A stretch of DNA of 64,000 bases from Monocercomonoides exilis PA203 (lineage: Eukaryota; Protista; Preaxostyla), in NCBI GenBank assembly GCA_001643675.2, contig LSRY02000006.1, forward strand, positions 558,001 through 622,000, read 5' to 3'. The notes beneath the pieces were generated by a model. The model saw only the letters and a program-made list of their open reading frames with translations. It did not search any database and was not told where the DNA came from. Shown here piece by piece: positions 36,701 through 45,300 of this stretch (positions within the stretch are counted from its first letter, which is position 1; each line of letters begins with the position of its first letter). The translations under genes were made by a program, and so were the position numbers.

Positions 36701-39700
36701 CAGAAGTGAGAGTTGTTGGATGCTCGTTGGGGATGTGTTCGTGCTCGGGGGTGAAGGGAAGAGGAGGAGGGATCATGATTGATGCACTTGACCCGAACGA
36801 GGGTGGAACCAGTGGATTTGGGCCTGTTGGGATAAGGATGGAGAATGTGAGGTTTTGGGGGAACGAGGCATTTGTGGGGAAGGATGTGTTCATCAGATGC
36901 GAGTCGATTGCCGAACAGATCAACGAGACATTGTTTGTGCTGGATCTCAGCCAGGATGCCCTGAAATCCACCAACTCCATCTGTGGGTCTGACAAGGAAA
37001 GGGATGATGTTGATCTGATCCCCCTGATCACATTCTATTATGGCCAGCAGGTGTTTGTCTCCTTGAGTGGAAGAGATGACAGACAATGTGGGGCACAGAA
37101 CAATCCTTGCCTGAGCATTGGCAGTGCTGTGAAGCACATTCAAAAAGATGTGTGGAATTCCATTTGGATTGATGGGGAAGGGGCGATTGGGGTAGAGTGT
37201 GTGATTGGGGATATGAATGTGAAGAGTCTGAAGAAGACTCAATCCACAATCCATCTTGAAGGAAAGATGGATGCTGTGGGGGATGAAGGGGGTGTGGCTG
37301 TGTTTGTGAATGAGAGTGCTGTGGAGAAATGTGAATTCTTGTTTGGGTTGAGTTTTGAATCAGAGCATTCATGCATTGTGAAAGTGAAGAATGGAACATT
37401 GGGGGTGAGTGAGTGTTGGTGGAAGAGTGTTGGAATGATGATGCTTTTGAACAGCACAATTGTGGAAGTGGAGGGTGGAGAGCTGGAGATGGAGAAATGT
37501 GTTGTCAGCTGTGTTTGCACTTCACGAGAGATATTGTCCGTCTGTGAAGGGGGCAAGGCTGTGATGTATCAGCTGAGGATGAGCGATATCGAGAGCGAAA
37601 ATGGAGGGATTGTTGATGTGAAGAAAGCAAGGGTGGAGGCGAAGGAGATGTCGATGAGCAACATCACCAGACAGAACAGAGGGAGCATTGTGAAGATCGT
37701 GGAATGTGCAGAAAGAGTGGATTTGATGAATTGCTCGATGAGAATGTGTTTGGGAAAAGAAGAGAGAGGATGGATGGTGAGTGTGTGGAACTGTGAGTGT
37801 GTGAATGTTGATAGTTGTGAGTTTGATGGAGAAGAGGAAGAGAATGAAGAGAGATCAAGAAATGAGCAGGATGAAGGAGAAAGAAGAGAGGAGATATGCA
37901 AATGGAATGGGTCAATGGTTGAATTAGAGAAGAGTGAAGTTTTCTTGAAAGAATCATCAATTGAGAATTCCAGTGAAGGAGGATTATCAGTGAGTGGAGG
38001 AAATGTGGCGATTGAGAAAGGAGAGTTTGTGAGCAACAACCCATCGATTGGAAAATATCCCTCAGCTCGGAGAAACATATTGTGTTCGGATTCTGCTCAG
38101 CTGAATGTGATGAGCTTGAAGGGAGGAGATGGGCAAGAGAAGAATACCTCCCTTTGGATTCTGAATGATGGATGCACTTTGATGGGGATTGTTGAGGAGC
38201 GAGCATCACCATTGTTCATCCCCACACTGCGATGGGTGGAGACAGAGGAGAAGGAAGGGGTGCTGGATGTTGTGTTCAGGGGCACACTTCTTCTGCCATG
38301 CAACCTGTCGTTTCGGGTTGTTTCGTCGGTGGGGGATGTGGAGCAGATGGAGACACACGAGATAAGTGAGTCTGGGTTTGTGAGTGAAGAGGAAGTGCAT
38401 GGCACAACTGGGTTGGAGATGGTCAGGGGAGCAGAGGCAAGTGCAGAAGTGAGGGTGTGCATCTTGTTTGGAGATGGCCATTCTCCCTCGGCAACGGAGT
38501 CATTTATCCTGAAGAACAGGAGCGAGACTGATCCAAAGGGAGATGAAAGGATTGTTGAGGGAAGAAAAGAAGAAAAATCGATCTGGCCAATCATTGTTGT
38601 TATATTGGCTGTAATGTTTCTAATTGTTCTCGTTGTTTCGATTGCATTGGCAGTCAGATGGAGAAAGCAAAAGAGAAGAACAGAAGAGTTGGAGATAATC
38701 GTTGAAGACACAGTGAAGAAGGATCCGAAGGCGTTTGAAATGGTGACGATGGAGATGTCGCCTGAAGAGCAATGGAGGAGAGCAGAGAGGGAGGCAGAGA
38801 AGAAGAATGAAGAGAGGATCAAGAAGAGGGTGTATGATACGAATATGCAGCATTCTGAATCATCTGAGCATTTATTGAGTGAGAGTGGATCGACTGAATA
38901 TATCCTTGGAAGAGATTCAGACAAGATCCCCGAATGGGTGCTGGAGAAGGTTGATGATGAGGAAGAGACAAGAAAGAGATCGCCCTCACCATCCATCTCA
39001 TCCACTTCAACAACTGACACTTCAGACACAGAATCCACTTTTGTTCGTGGTGATGATCTGTGCCCAACCACTTCATCGATGTCGAACTTGGTGGATGCAA
39101 TGGCCTGTTCATCCCCACACGAGAAGCTGATTGTGGATCTGAGGGATTCTTTGTTCATGCTTCTTCATGGAAGGAATAAGACAAAGGAGATGGCGATTGG
39201 CACATTGCAGGAGAGGGAGCAAACAGCTGCCCAGATTCTGTTCTGGGTGGCAAATGGAGCACTTCACTCATTTGATGAAATGGAAAATCCTCTTCAGTCA
39301 TTATCCAATTTGAGCCCACACATTGTGTTGTTCTCCGAGCATATGGTCATCTGCATTGTGATGCATTCTGACTTATTGTCTGATGATGACTCAGATTCAT
39401 CATCCATCTCTTCGTCAACTGTTGTGACTTCTGCAAGTGATGATGATGATGATGATTCTCTTCCCTCATCAGCGTTTGAGGATGAGGATGACTTCAAAAA
39501 AGAGTGCCTGAGATGGAAGGCACCAGAGTTGCTGATCAACAAGAAGATGGGAGCAACCAAGGAGTCGGTGGCATTCTCGATCGGGATGATGTTGTGGGAG
39601 TGTCTGACGCTCCAGATTCCGTTTGGTGATTATGAGGCAGAGGTGGCGGGGCAGAAGATCGTGAATGGGGAGAGGCCAGCCCTGGACAGCGCGGGGCAAT

Positions 39701-39924
39701 CGTCGTTCTGCTCTGTGCTTGAAAACTGCCTCAACAGCCTTTCGCAGAAGCGCCCATCCCTCGCAACCCTCAAAAGAGAGCTCTTCCTGCATTTTCCGCC
39801 GGGAGCGATGGTCCTCACAGCCTCAGATGCCATCGATCGCACAATGGATAGCGAGCAGTCTGGAAGATGTGCTTCGAGTGAACTTGCTTGCAGCGAAAGC
39901 GAAATACTTGGAAATCGCAACTAG
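30724..39924 (+). CDS. Giant intronless type-I membrane protein (3066 aa): Cys/Gly-rich ectodomain with GGG[AI]-type (Pmp/pectin-lyase-like beta-helix) repeats, single TM helix, cytoplasmic degenerate protein-kinase C-lobe
   Basis: Hydrophobic N-terminus and repeated GGAI/GGGI/GGGM motifs. Five 'G.D...CG....C.[TS][IV]' modules. TM IWPIIVVILAVMFLIVLVVSIALAV followed by RWRKQKRR (~38580-38680). Kinase-like RWKAPELL, FSIGMMLWE, QIPF, NGERP and KRPSL. Confidence 0.9.
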   Translation: MSCLAFIICFQCFSMDAANNEADKKEGSNELEKETLQDSLSPNDFQSRNIFEKNATEKRLRTDSIHKEDFDERNHKNDIKCDTESKKRRKSLGCIHEGQKRWSSNNNVEESWIEGCLKMMNSSVRCVDLIIVERTNNCIIEAEKKSCVELKGCILFFGEENSPLKLTESCAVLVNVSLASSTQHLHSIPPLFASERSENQFERFGSISIYSSCFSSFLVSRPPFLSSAFVESISLSNLDFFNFSTTPAKTESHSTCQCGKTTFMNSCSFHSVCDVYDGGIVPSINNPFTSLTASNTSFVGCLRTRNVEFIGTKDGKLTPGRQNETDDGQNTFIWCEWNGSKTTGESVSHSDGISSGGAINMFNLENGKLSVSHCSFSNCYAHFAGGGIMCYRVKSVKIENNSFNFCVAKNDEGGGIMVYSISSCTKICKCEFQKCSAYSWGGGIYLNSVLISSSKYQTKKNEEEENACIICCSFFSCFVDGSYGGGLRCVTVPAAFKIRSVEFVSCLAKSYGGGMLLEPNEPLASVNEFFCCFMLFHECRCLSEAPFGHDAIYYDYFNLFLNSVSPFKECYTTNTDDKRMCYAYNYSNTKGWMFDQMSKKDWLNDKTIYVSVEGDDSNEQCGANETFPCLTIKKAFEMCEIQISLTITLMEGNHTSETTTIEIGTKKISVIGKGREMSAIGTGELSLTRALFRVTTGHLGLMHLGIDHNSSAGSSPSVVVVTGGSGSLSLEDVLITKSVSSVNAISSSVFVVPLSQLSMIDVEIKEMNISQSLFSEPVLSSFSSSSSALLLTTATSKESSLANITVKNVKQANGDGVVVAKSVAEEETFVVWNATFEDCECERGGGGGIKVKQESATSKFQMGETASSSGGTIAFTRCSCSAFGGGVMMWLAENSFDFEISSVSFVGCGATLGGKDVFANGSKLVRGTITTTKLNVEHNGSIYDELMGYDRNEAGMGIFPLNVFFDSFSGAAHVGKKKDGYGGYDSWFCGFEYYSCATIAFAVETRFATGNKKIVLDTGFELAEVVSMAGSYEWEVYCEINKTEVNVKVPSGMTSSYLINVESASSIKNIDFQIPHQLSGTTSLIALTSSSLTLTDCSVAHSSESTSSVAFGYSIVNVQSGSLKMERFVVEEGLTFNDHSAIEFCEGMTSVICSGCNISGVVKEGGDGGWMKGTVGGSGTLTVDGCSVNGCSCAGGKGGGIYVGLKGNGKVVVNGTSVIDGNKAENNGGRGGNGGGMFVLMESGGCGLTIGQNVKFSKVNGNVAEYGKDVFVDCGSGVYLESKVNTSSFSFFDTSTIPSDVLKLSGSENGDESGVIPLFVYLCSMGTKVIVDGSGRNGMDHNHCGFEAFRCLTVDYCANSRLSESSNEIEVVSSSSIRDEIELSLFGVSISGRIVSSSSEDGERMGVNVSDGGSATQDWLVGCSSSLTMSRLSFVVKGQMNPRRRTFIHSTSTLSVTNCSVSFESGALTDGKIGYNVINIEGGELIVDGFVMESGVTLTMNGKSPISMTNGMRLEMKNSRVSGVEVIGEDGGCLNVGMKEGGCVNIEESNLSSICSGGSGMKGGGMMISIGSGGSLEMKNVNLSECAVPSEDVENGGRGIGGGIFVKLADEIGSFVLEGMEFVGCNAWKGKNMFVSGWDLREIVNKEHFKWEMNPEELGSLDELCGWERKTTGEEGYVIPLVVYLWSNWSGNGFVSKDGGGDFSECGFSEAPCSSIEHLISLRYSTLDEGESHISIVGSGFLRHSISFLSSSPPASPDSESQKVVIEGTMKGTAVMTSNDEDENDMIGGSLISSGVSLTLENLSFSNTNPNCHYEILIELSGANICLSVVDCSFCSLNGMADAGFCVMKVNGCRVIVQGCSLDAVGKLKGFIAFNAAATREVIVEDVNISNVGVKERSLISMFEDEQMNGMKAKRGINRGESRHSNNEKVVIKVSGSSFTNITNGENRAGVLSVDSFESAMECVLEGCSVSSCRSEMSEEGGGMKVCLKRGESEVRVVGCSLGMCSCSGVKGRGGGIMIDALDPNEGGTSGFGPVGIRMENVRFWGNEAFVGKDVFIRCESIAEQINETLFVLDLSQDALKSTNSICGSDKERDDVDLIPLITFYYGQQVFVSLSGRDDRQCGAQNNPCLSIGSAVKHIQKDVWNSIWIDGEGAIGVECVIGDMNVKSLKKTQSTIHLEGKMDAVGDEGGVAVFVNESAVEKCEFLFGLSFESEHSCIVKVKNGTLGVSECWWKSVGMMMLLNSTIVEVEGGELEMEKCVVSCVCTSREILSVCEGGKAVMYQLRMSDIESENGGIVDVKKARVEAKEMSMSNITRQNRGSIVKIVECAERVDLMNCSMRMCLGKEERGWMVSVWNCECVNVDSCEFDGEEEENEERSRNEQDEGERREEICKWNGSMVELEKSEVFLKESSIENSSEGGLSVSGGNVAIEKGEFVSNNPSIGKYPSARRNILCSDSAQLNVMSLKGGDGQEKNTSLWILNDGCTLMGIVEERASPLFIPTLRWVETEEKEGVLDVVFRGTLLLPCNLSFRVVSSVGDVEQMETHEISESGFVSEEEVHGTTGLEMVRGAEASAEVRVCILFGDGHSPSATESFILKNRSETDPKGDERIVEGRKEEKSIWPIIVVILAVMFLIVLVVSIALAVRWRKQKRRTEELEIIVEDTVKKDPKAFEMVTMEMSPEEQWRRAEREAEKKNEERIKKRVYDTNMQHSESSEHLLSESGSTEYILGRDSDKIPEWVLEKVDDEEETRKRSPSPSISSTSTTDTSDTESTFVRGDDLCPTTSSMSNLVDAMACSSPHEKLIVDLRDSLFMLLHGRNKTKEMAIGTLQEREQTAAQILFWVANGALHSFDEMENPLQSLSNLSPHIVLFSEHMVICIVMHSDLLSDDDSDSSSISSSTVVTSASDDDDDDSLPSSAFEDEDDFKKECLRWKAPELLINKKMGATKESVAFSIGMMLWECLTLQIPFGDYEAEVAGQKIVNGERPALDSAGQSSFCSVLENCLNSLSQKRPSLATLKRELFLHFPPGAMVLTASDAIDRTMDSEQSGRCASSELACSESEILGNRN

Positions 39925-42382
39925 CAGCAGGGCACGATCAAAGTGGGACTGACTCTTCAACTGCCCATTTTTCTCGTATTTCTGTCTGCTTCAAGCACAT
40001 CGCAATGCAGCATTCCTTTTATTTCTTTTCTATTCTTTTTTTGATGTTTTGTGCCAAATGGCTTTTGTTTTTGACTTTCCTTTTTTTATTTTTCCTGTTC
40101 CATTTGAATGTCTTCACATCACCATCCATCCTTTTCCTGTTCATAGGCTTGGAGCAACCCTTCATTTCCCAGTGCTGCTTCTTTCCTGCCATTCCATTCC
40201 TCATGTCTTTTTGTCCTTCCACAGAAAAATCCATTAAAATAAATAATCACGGAAATATTGAGTCAAAGACAATATCGAAGCTTTTTGTGCAAGAGTGAGA
40301 GAGAGTCAGCTTTCCAAAAAGAGTTGAAGCAAACGAACATAAGCGATTCCAGATAAATCTTGAATGAATCATGTGCAGTTTCTGCCCATTCCTGAATTCT
40401 TCCATCGAGTCACGACACAGAGAGAAAGAAAGAGAAATGCATTTCTTTTCTCTCCAAAACAAAGTTCGGGCAAGACTCGCATTGCTGCTCACACATCAAG
40501 CAATAGAATGAAACACTGCTGAAAAACACAAAATCCTTCTGGCTTCCAAAACCTCCAGCTTTGCTTTTCCCCTTCGTGTCATCGCAATTCTGTGTCCTGC
40601 CATCAATAAATCAATAAAAATGACTCGCCTCAAGTCCGTTTTGCTGAGCGCTTCACGAAAACGCTTTTGACCCAATTTTCAGGAATGAAAATCGAAATGC
40701 CTCCTCAAATCAAAAATAACAAAAATGTTTGGCAAATGTTTTTTTTTTCTCTATTTCTGCTTCGCTGTTGACTTTGCTTCTTCAGATAGAATGAAGCACT
40801 TTCAAGAGAAAATAAAAGGTTGTCTGATGTGTATTGAAATGAATGATGCTCCATTTCATGGATTCCATCCATCTGAGCCTTTTGAGCCAAAACCCTCAGA
40901 TGACCAATTGATTGGAAATGCACCAAAAAAAATAAAAAGAAAATTGAATATCCCTTCGACCTTGCTGCCTCGTGTCGGGTCGAGCATTCCCGGCTTCGCA
41001 AATGCCCCTTCTCATTAACAAACTCCCTTGCTTTGCCGCTTTTCATGCCTCTCCAAACCGGAAAGTCAAAAATAGATATGCCACGAAATCCCCCCATTCG
41101 TGCGCCAGACCCAAAGCATGCTCCTCCTGAGCCGTTAGCAAACAATTCGAGCAGTGCATTCAACAAGTCGGCCAAAAAAATAAAAAAATGATGATGTTTC
41201 AACTCGAATCGTGGCTTCTTCATCGCTTGTTTGGGTCGCAATTGCGGAGCACAAAATCAATTATAACATCTTTATTCTTGCCGTCCCTTTTTGCTCCCAA
41301 AAAACACCACAGCCACTTGGGCGCCTCCAATAGTTTGCTTTTTCATCCATTCCGCGAAACGCAGCGTTATTTGCCAATAAAACGTCCACCACTCATTTCC
41401 TCTCCGAAACAAATAGCATGTGGCAGTTGCACGAAAAAATGATCATGTCCGTGCAGCAACACTTGCATCTTCTTTTTCTTCAAATGGTTTTTCTTTTTTT
41501 CTCAAGCAATCCAAAAAAAAGATGAGTTCAACAACTGCAAGTGTGGTACTGCTACCCGCATGCAGCAAATGCAGAATGGCTCCCATCCTCGATATCGGAT
41601 CACATTCCGTTTCCTTCAGCAGGCCCAATAAAAGGCATCTTCAATTATTGTCAATTTATTCATCGTCACATGAATGTTTCTCTGTTAATAATTCCATTCC
41701 CCTGAAAACAAAATCGCATGCACCATCGTCGCTTCAAGCGCATTTTGCATGTCTCGGCTGTGCTCGGTGAAATCTCAATTTCATGGCTAAGACTAATGGC
41801 GGCATAAATCAACCCCAGCGCAGCATCACTTCGGCTTTTCGACCCATTTCCAGAGGCGATGGCAACCATTGGGCAAATATAATCAAAGAGAGGCCTTAGC
41901 CTTTGCAGTTGCAAAAATACTTTTTCGATTGATCAATCTCATTAACTATTTTATTTCTGTCCACACATAAATAAAAAATATTTTCTGAGTTGACATAATT
42001 TTCTTTTTGGAATCCAATTAATTGGTTGAAGTTGTTTGGTCAATAACTTGAAGCGTTTCAGTTGAAAACAAGAAGATAAGAAGCAATCTGCAACACATTG
42101 TGAAATATGGAAATTGTACTCCTCAAAATTGCATCATAATGGTTTTTATTTTCATGTTTCGCAAATTTTGATAAAAGATAAAGATCATTTATGGTTAATC
42201 AAGTGATTTGAAAAAAGACCATTTTCATCAAAGTCAAAATAAAAACTATTCTTATTCAATGCAATCACCAATATATATGAACATAAAAATTAAAAGATAA
42301 AAAGATGATATGTTCCAAATCTCTTGAAACAGCTATTTTATTACAAAGTTTCAATTCATTTTCTCTTTCAAACATCGATGCA

Positions 42383-45300
42383 CTAAAACGGAGGTAGATC
42401 TGGAGGAGGAGGTGCTTCTTCATCAGGGAGTGGCGGAGGCTCCTCCAAATCATCAGGCAGAGCTGGTGCTTCTTCTTCCGGCAGTTCTGGTGCTTCTTCA
42501 TCAGGTAGGACAGGCACTTCTTCATTGTCCAATGGTGGAGTCTTCAGAAGCTCGTCTGAAGTAGGCTGCTGAGATTCTCTCTGCTCCACCGAAGAAGCTG
42601 CAGCTTCTTCCTTCTCTTCAGGTACATCTGTTTCGGCGCTACCGCCACTCACAGGAGGAGGTGGAGGCACTGAGTCATTCTGTGCAGCTTCTTCCTCTTC
42701 TTCTTCTTTTGCAGGAGCTGCAGAATCATCAGAAGGAGGTGTTGATGATGGAGGCGGAGGAACACCCGAACTTGAGCTTGTGCTATCAGCTGCAGTTGGT
42801 GCAGGAAGAGGAGGTGCAACAGGAATTGTGGAAAGAGGAGGAGCTGCTGGCACTGTTGGAAGAGGTGGCGCTGCTGGAATCGAAGAAAAAGGAGGAGCGA
42901 CAGGGATCGAAGACAACGGAGGAGGCGCTGGAATGGAGCTGGTGCTTTGAGAGGCAGACAGGTCTGAAGAGACAGGAGGCGGAGGAGGAACGCCATCATC
43001 AACTGGTGGAGGCGGAGGTACGCCATCGTCTGCAGGCGGTGGGGGCACAGAATCGTCGTGCAGCGGAGGTGGCGGTGGCACTGAGTCGTCGGATGAATCA
43101 GTCTTGCCAGAGTGAGAGCTGCTGGGAGACTGCGGCTGCTCCTGTGATTCTTCAGAGGACACGGGCGAAGGAGATGAGGAGGATGATGCTGATGAAGAAG
43201 CAGAAGCAGACGCGGAATTCTTCGAGTCTGATTTTGCTTCTTGTATCATTATGGACATAGCAGTTGTGACCTCTCCTTGTTTTGGTGTGGTTGTCTTGTT
43301 CACCATTCCCAATGCTTCTCCGTGGTGAGGTACCATCTTCTTCAGCATGTCTCTCTTCAGCATCTTGGCATATCCAATGTCCACACCCATTCCTTCAACC
43401 ATGAGATCCTTCGGAATCAGTGGAATCTTCGTGAATGGATGCACAGGCACCGACGAATTCAGCAGGCCATTGATTCTTTCCAGCACCAGCGACAGGCGCT
43501 GCGCCCAGAGGCGATAGGCTGCCATGTCCTCGCGCATCGAAGGAAGGAAGTAGTCGTCCGCGGGGGTGTACGAGGAAGGCATGTTGCCCTGAATCATCAG
43601 CGTGTCAACGATGTTCAGCGGAGTTGTGGTATCGAACGGCAGCTGCTGGCCGGTCAGATGGATCAGCGCTTGCATACCAATCAAGAAGCCATCACCGAAC
43701 ATCTCCCACAGATTCAGTGACTCCACAGTCACTTGAGGAGCAGAAACCACCGGAATGGATGAGGTTGCGCTGCTCTTTGGAATCTGCGAGAACTTCTCTT
43801 TTGTTCCAACAGACGCCATTGTGAGGTCCAACAAGGCGCAGAAGACTTCGTAGATCATTTTCGCGTGTGGAACTGGCTTCTCATTGATTGCTGATGCTAA
43901 TGTTCCTGTCACATCTCCATCTTCATTTCCAGCTGCATTGCCCAGATCAGCCATTGAAGTGGCTGCTGGATATTTGAATGTCTCTTTGGAGTGTGGAGAC
44001 AGAAGAGTTAAGCAGCCTTCTTTCTTTCCTTTCTCAACATCTGTTTCACCTTCCTCATTGAGCGAACCTCCCATCATTCCTTCTCTAAGCATCATCTCCA
44101 TTTCTCTAACAAATCCAAACAAACGCTGCACGGCATACTGGAAGAGCGGGCGTGTGTGAATGTAGGCAGCGTTCAGAGCAGCCGGGGCAAGTGTTGGCAG
44201 AGGAGGCAGCGTCTGCTCATTTGCTGCTTGTGGGTCAAGTGAATTCACAACAAGCTCCAATGGATTCAGCGGTGCAACTGAAGCCGGTGGTGGTGCAGGG
44301 GTGGAAGACGGGTTTGCAGTCAACGGATTGCTTCCATTTTCGTAGCACGCTCTGTCTGCTGCTGTTCTTGGTGTAGGTGCTGTTGTGACTGTATGTGGAG
44401 GCAGCTGTGTGGCTGTGTAGAATGATGCTCTCATTCCATAGGCAGCAGCAGCTGAACCGTAGTTGAAGTTTACCATGTCGTTCGAGGCAAGTGCGGAGTC
44501 CATCAGCATCACAAAGGCAAGAATGTTACCGATTTGCGTAACAGCCTGGGCAAACTTCTTCAACGTTCCAACTTTCTTCAACAGATTCTCTCTTCTTGGC
44601 TTGTAGAATCTTCGTGTGGCTTCACCGTCCAGGTCGAAATAAGGAGTGTTTCTGCCAGCGAATTCCAAGCAGAGTGAAAGGCGACGGCCCAACGTGACGA
44701 TGTCGTTGAGGGCAGACCCGAAGTAATCGCACAGCGTCTTCACGATTGTGAATGGATCTTCCACAGACATCCACTTCAGCAGGCACGAAAGATGCGGTGT
44801 GGCACCAAAGTATTGAGACGAGGCAGCACAGATTGAGATAGCAATCTTGTTGGTGGCGTGGGTGAAGAGGATATCTGGGCCCAGAACAGTGACTGCTTTC
44901 TTCACACCATACTCTGCTTTCTCGAGGGTGAAAGCAACGTCTGGATTCACAAACACCATCGTGTCCATGTTGAACCGCATCTTCTGTGCAATCTCGTTCA
45001 TCACTGAGTCAACAACCTGCAGAGGGAACGAGGCGTACAGCGAGGCAACAGAAGAACGCCCCATTTCTGCGTCCATTCTGTCCTTCCAGCTGTTGTCCAT
45101 CGGAATAATGGCACTGAGCTTGTGGTGCATCGACAGCAGCGACGACAGAAGCAGATCGCCAAACACAATCGTGTGTGGAGTAACCAACAGTGACAAAGCT
45201 GCTCTCACATTGTCCTGCAGCTTGTTTTCCACTGTCGACGACATAATCGCTCCGAAATCCATCGGATGCCCCACCAGAGTGATGTGGTGGAGACGGAAAA

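Noticed and set aside
34137-39158. Long antisense ORFs (330, 245 and 353 aa); similar ones occur opposite the CHY gene and CYFIP
   Set aside because: They are codon-aligned shadows of the sense genes and have no domain features.
30724-39924. Bacterial contamination or a Chlamydia-type Pmp autotransporter
   Set aside because: There is no C-terminal beta-barrel. The protein has a eukaryotic TM plus kinase-like tail and lies between intron-containing genes.
42383-42560. Complete WASP/WAVE VCA domain at the CYFIP C-terminus
   Set aside because: No WH2 (LKK[TV]-type) motif, central helix or terminal Trp is seen, so only the proline-rich/acidic character is claimed.
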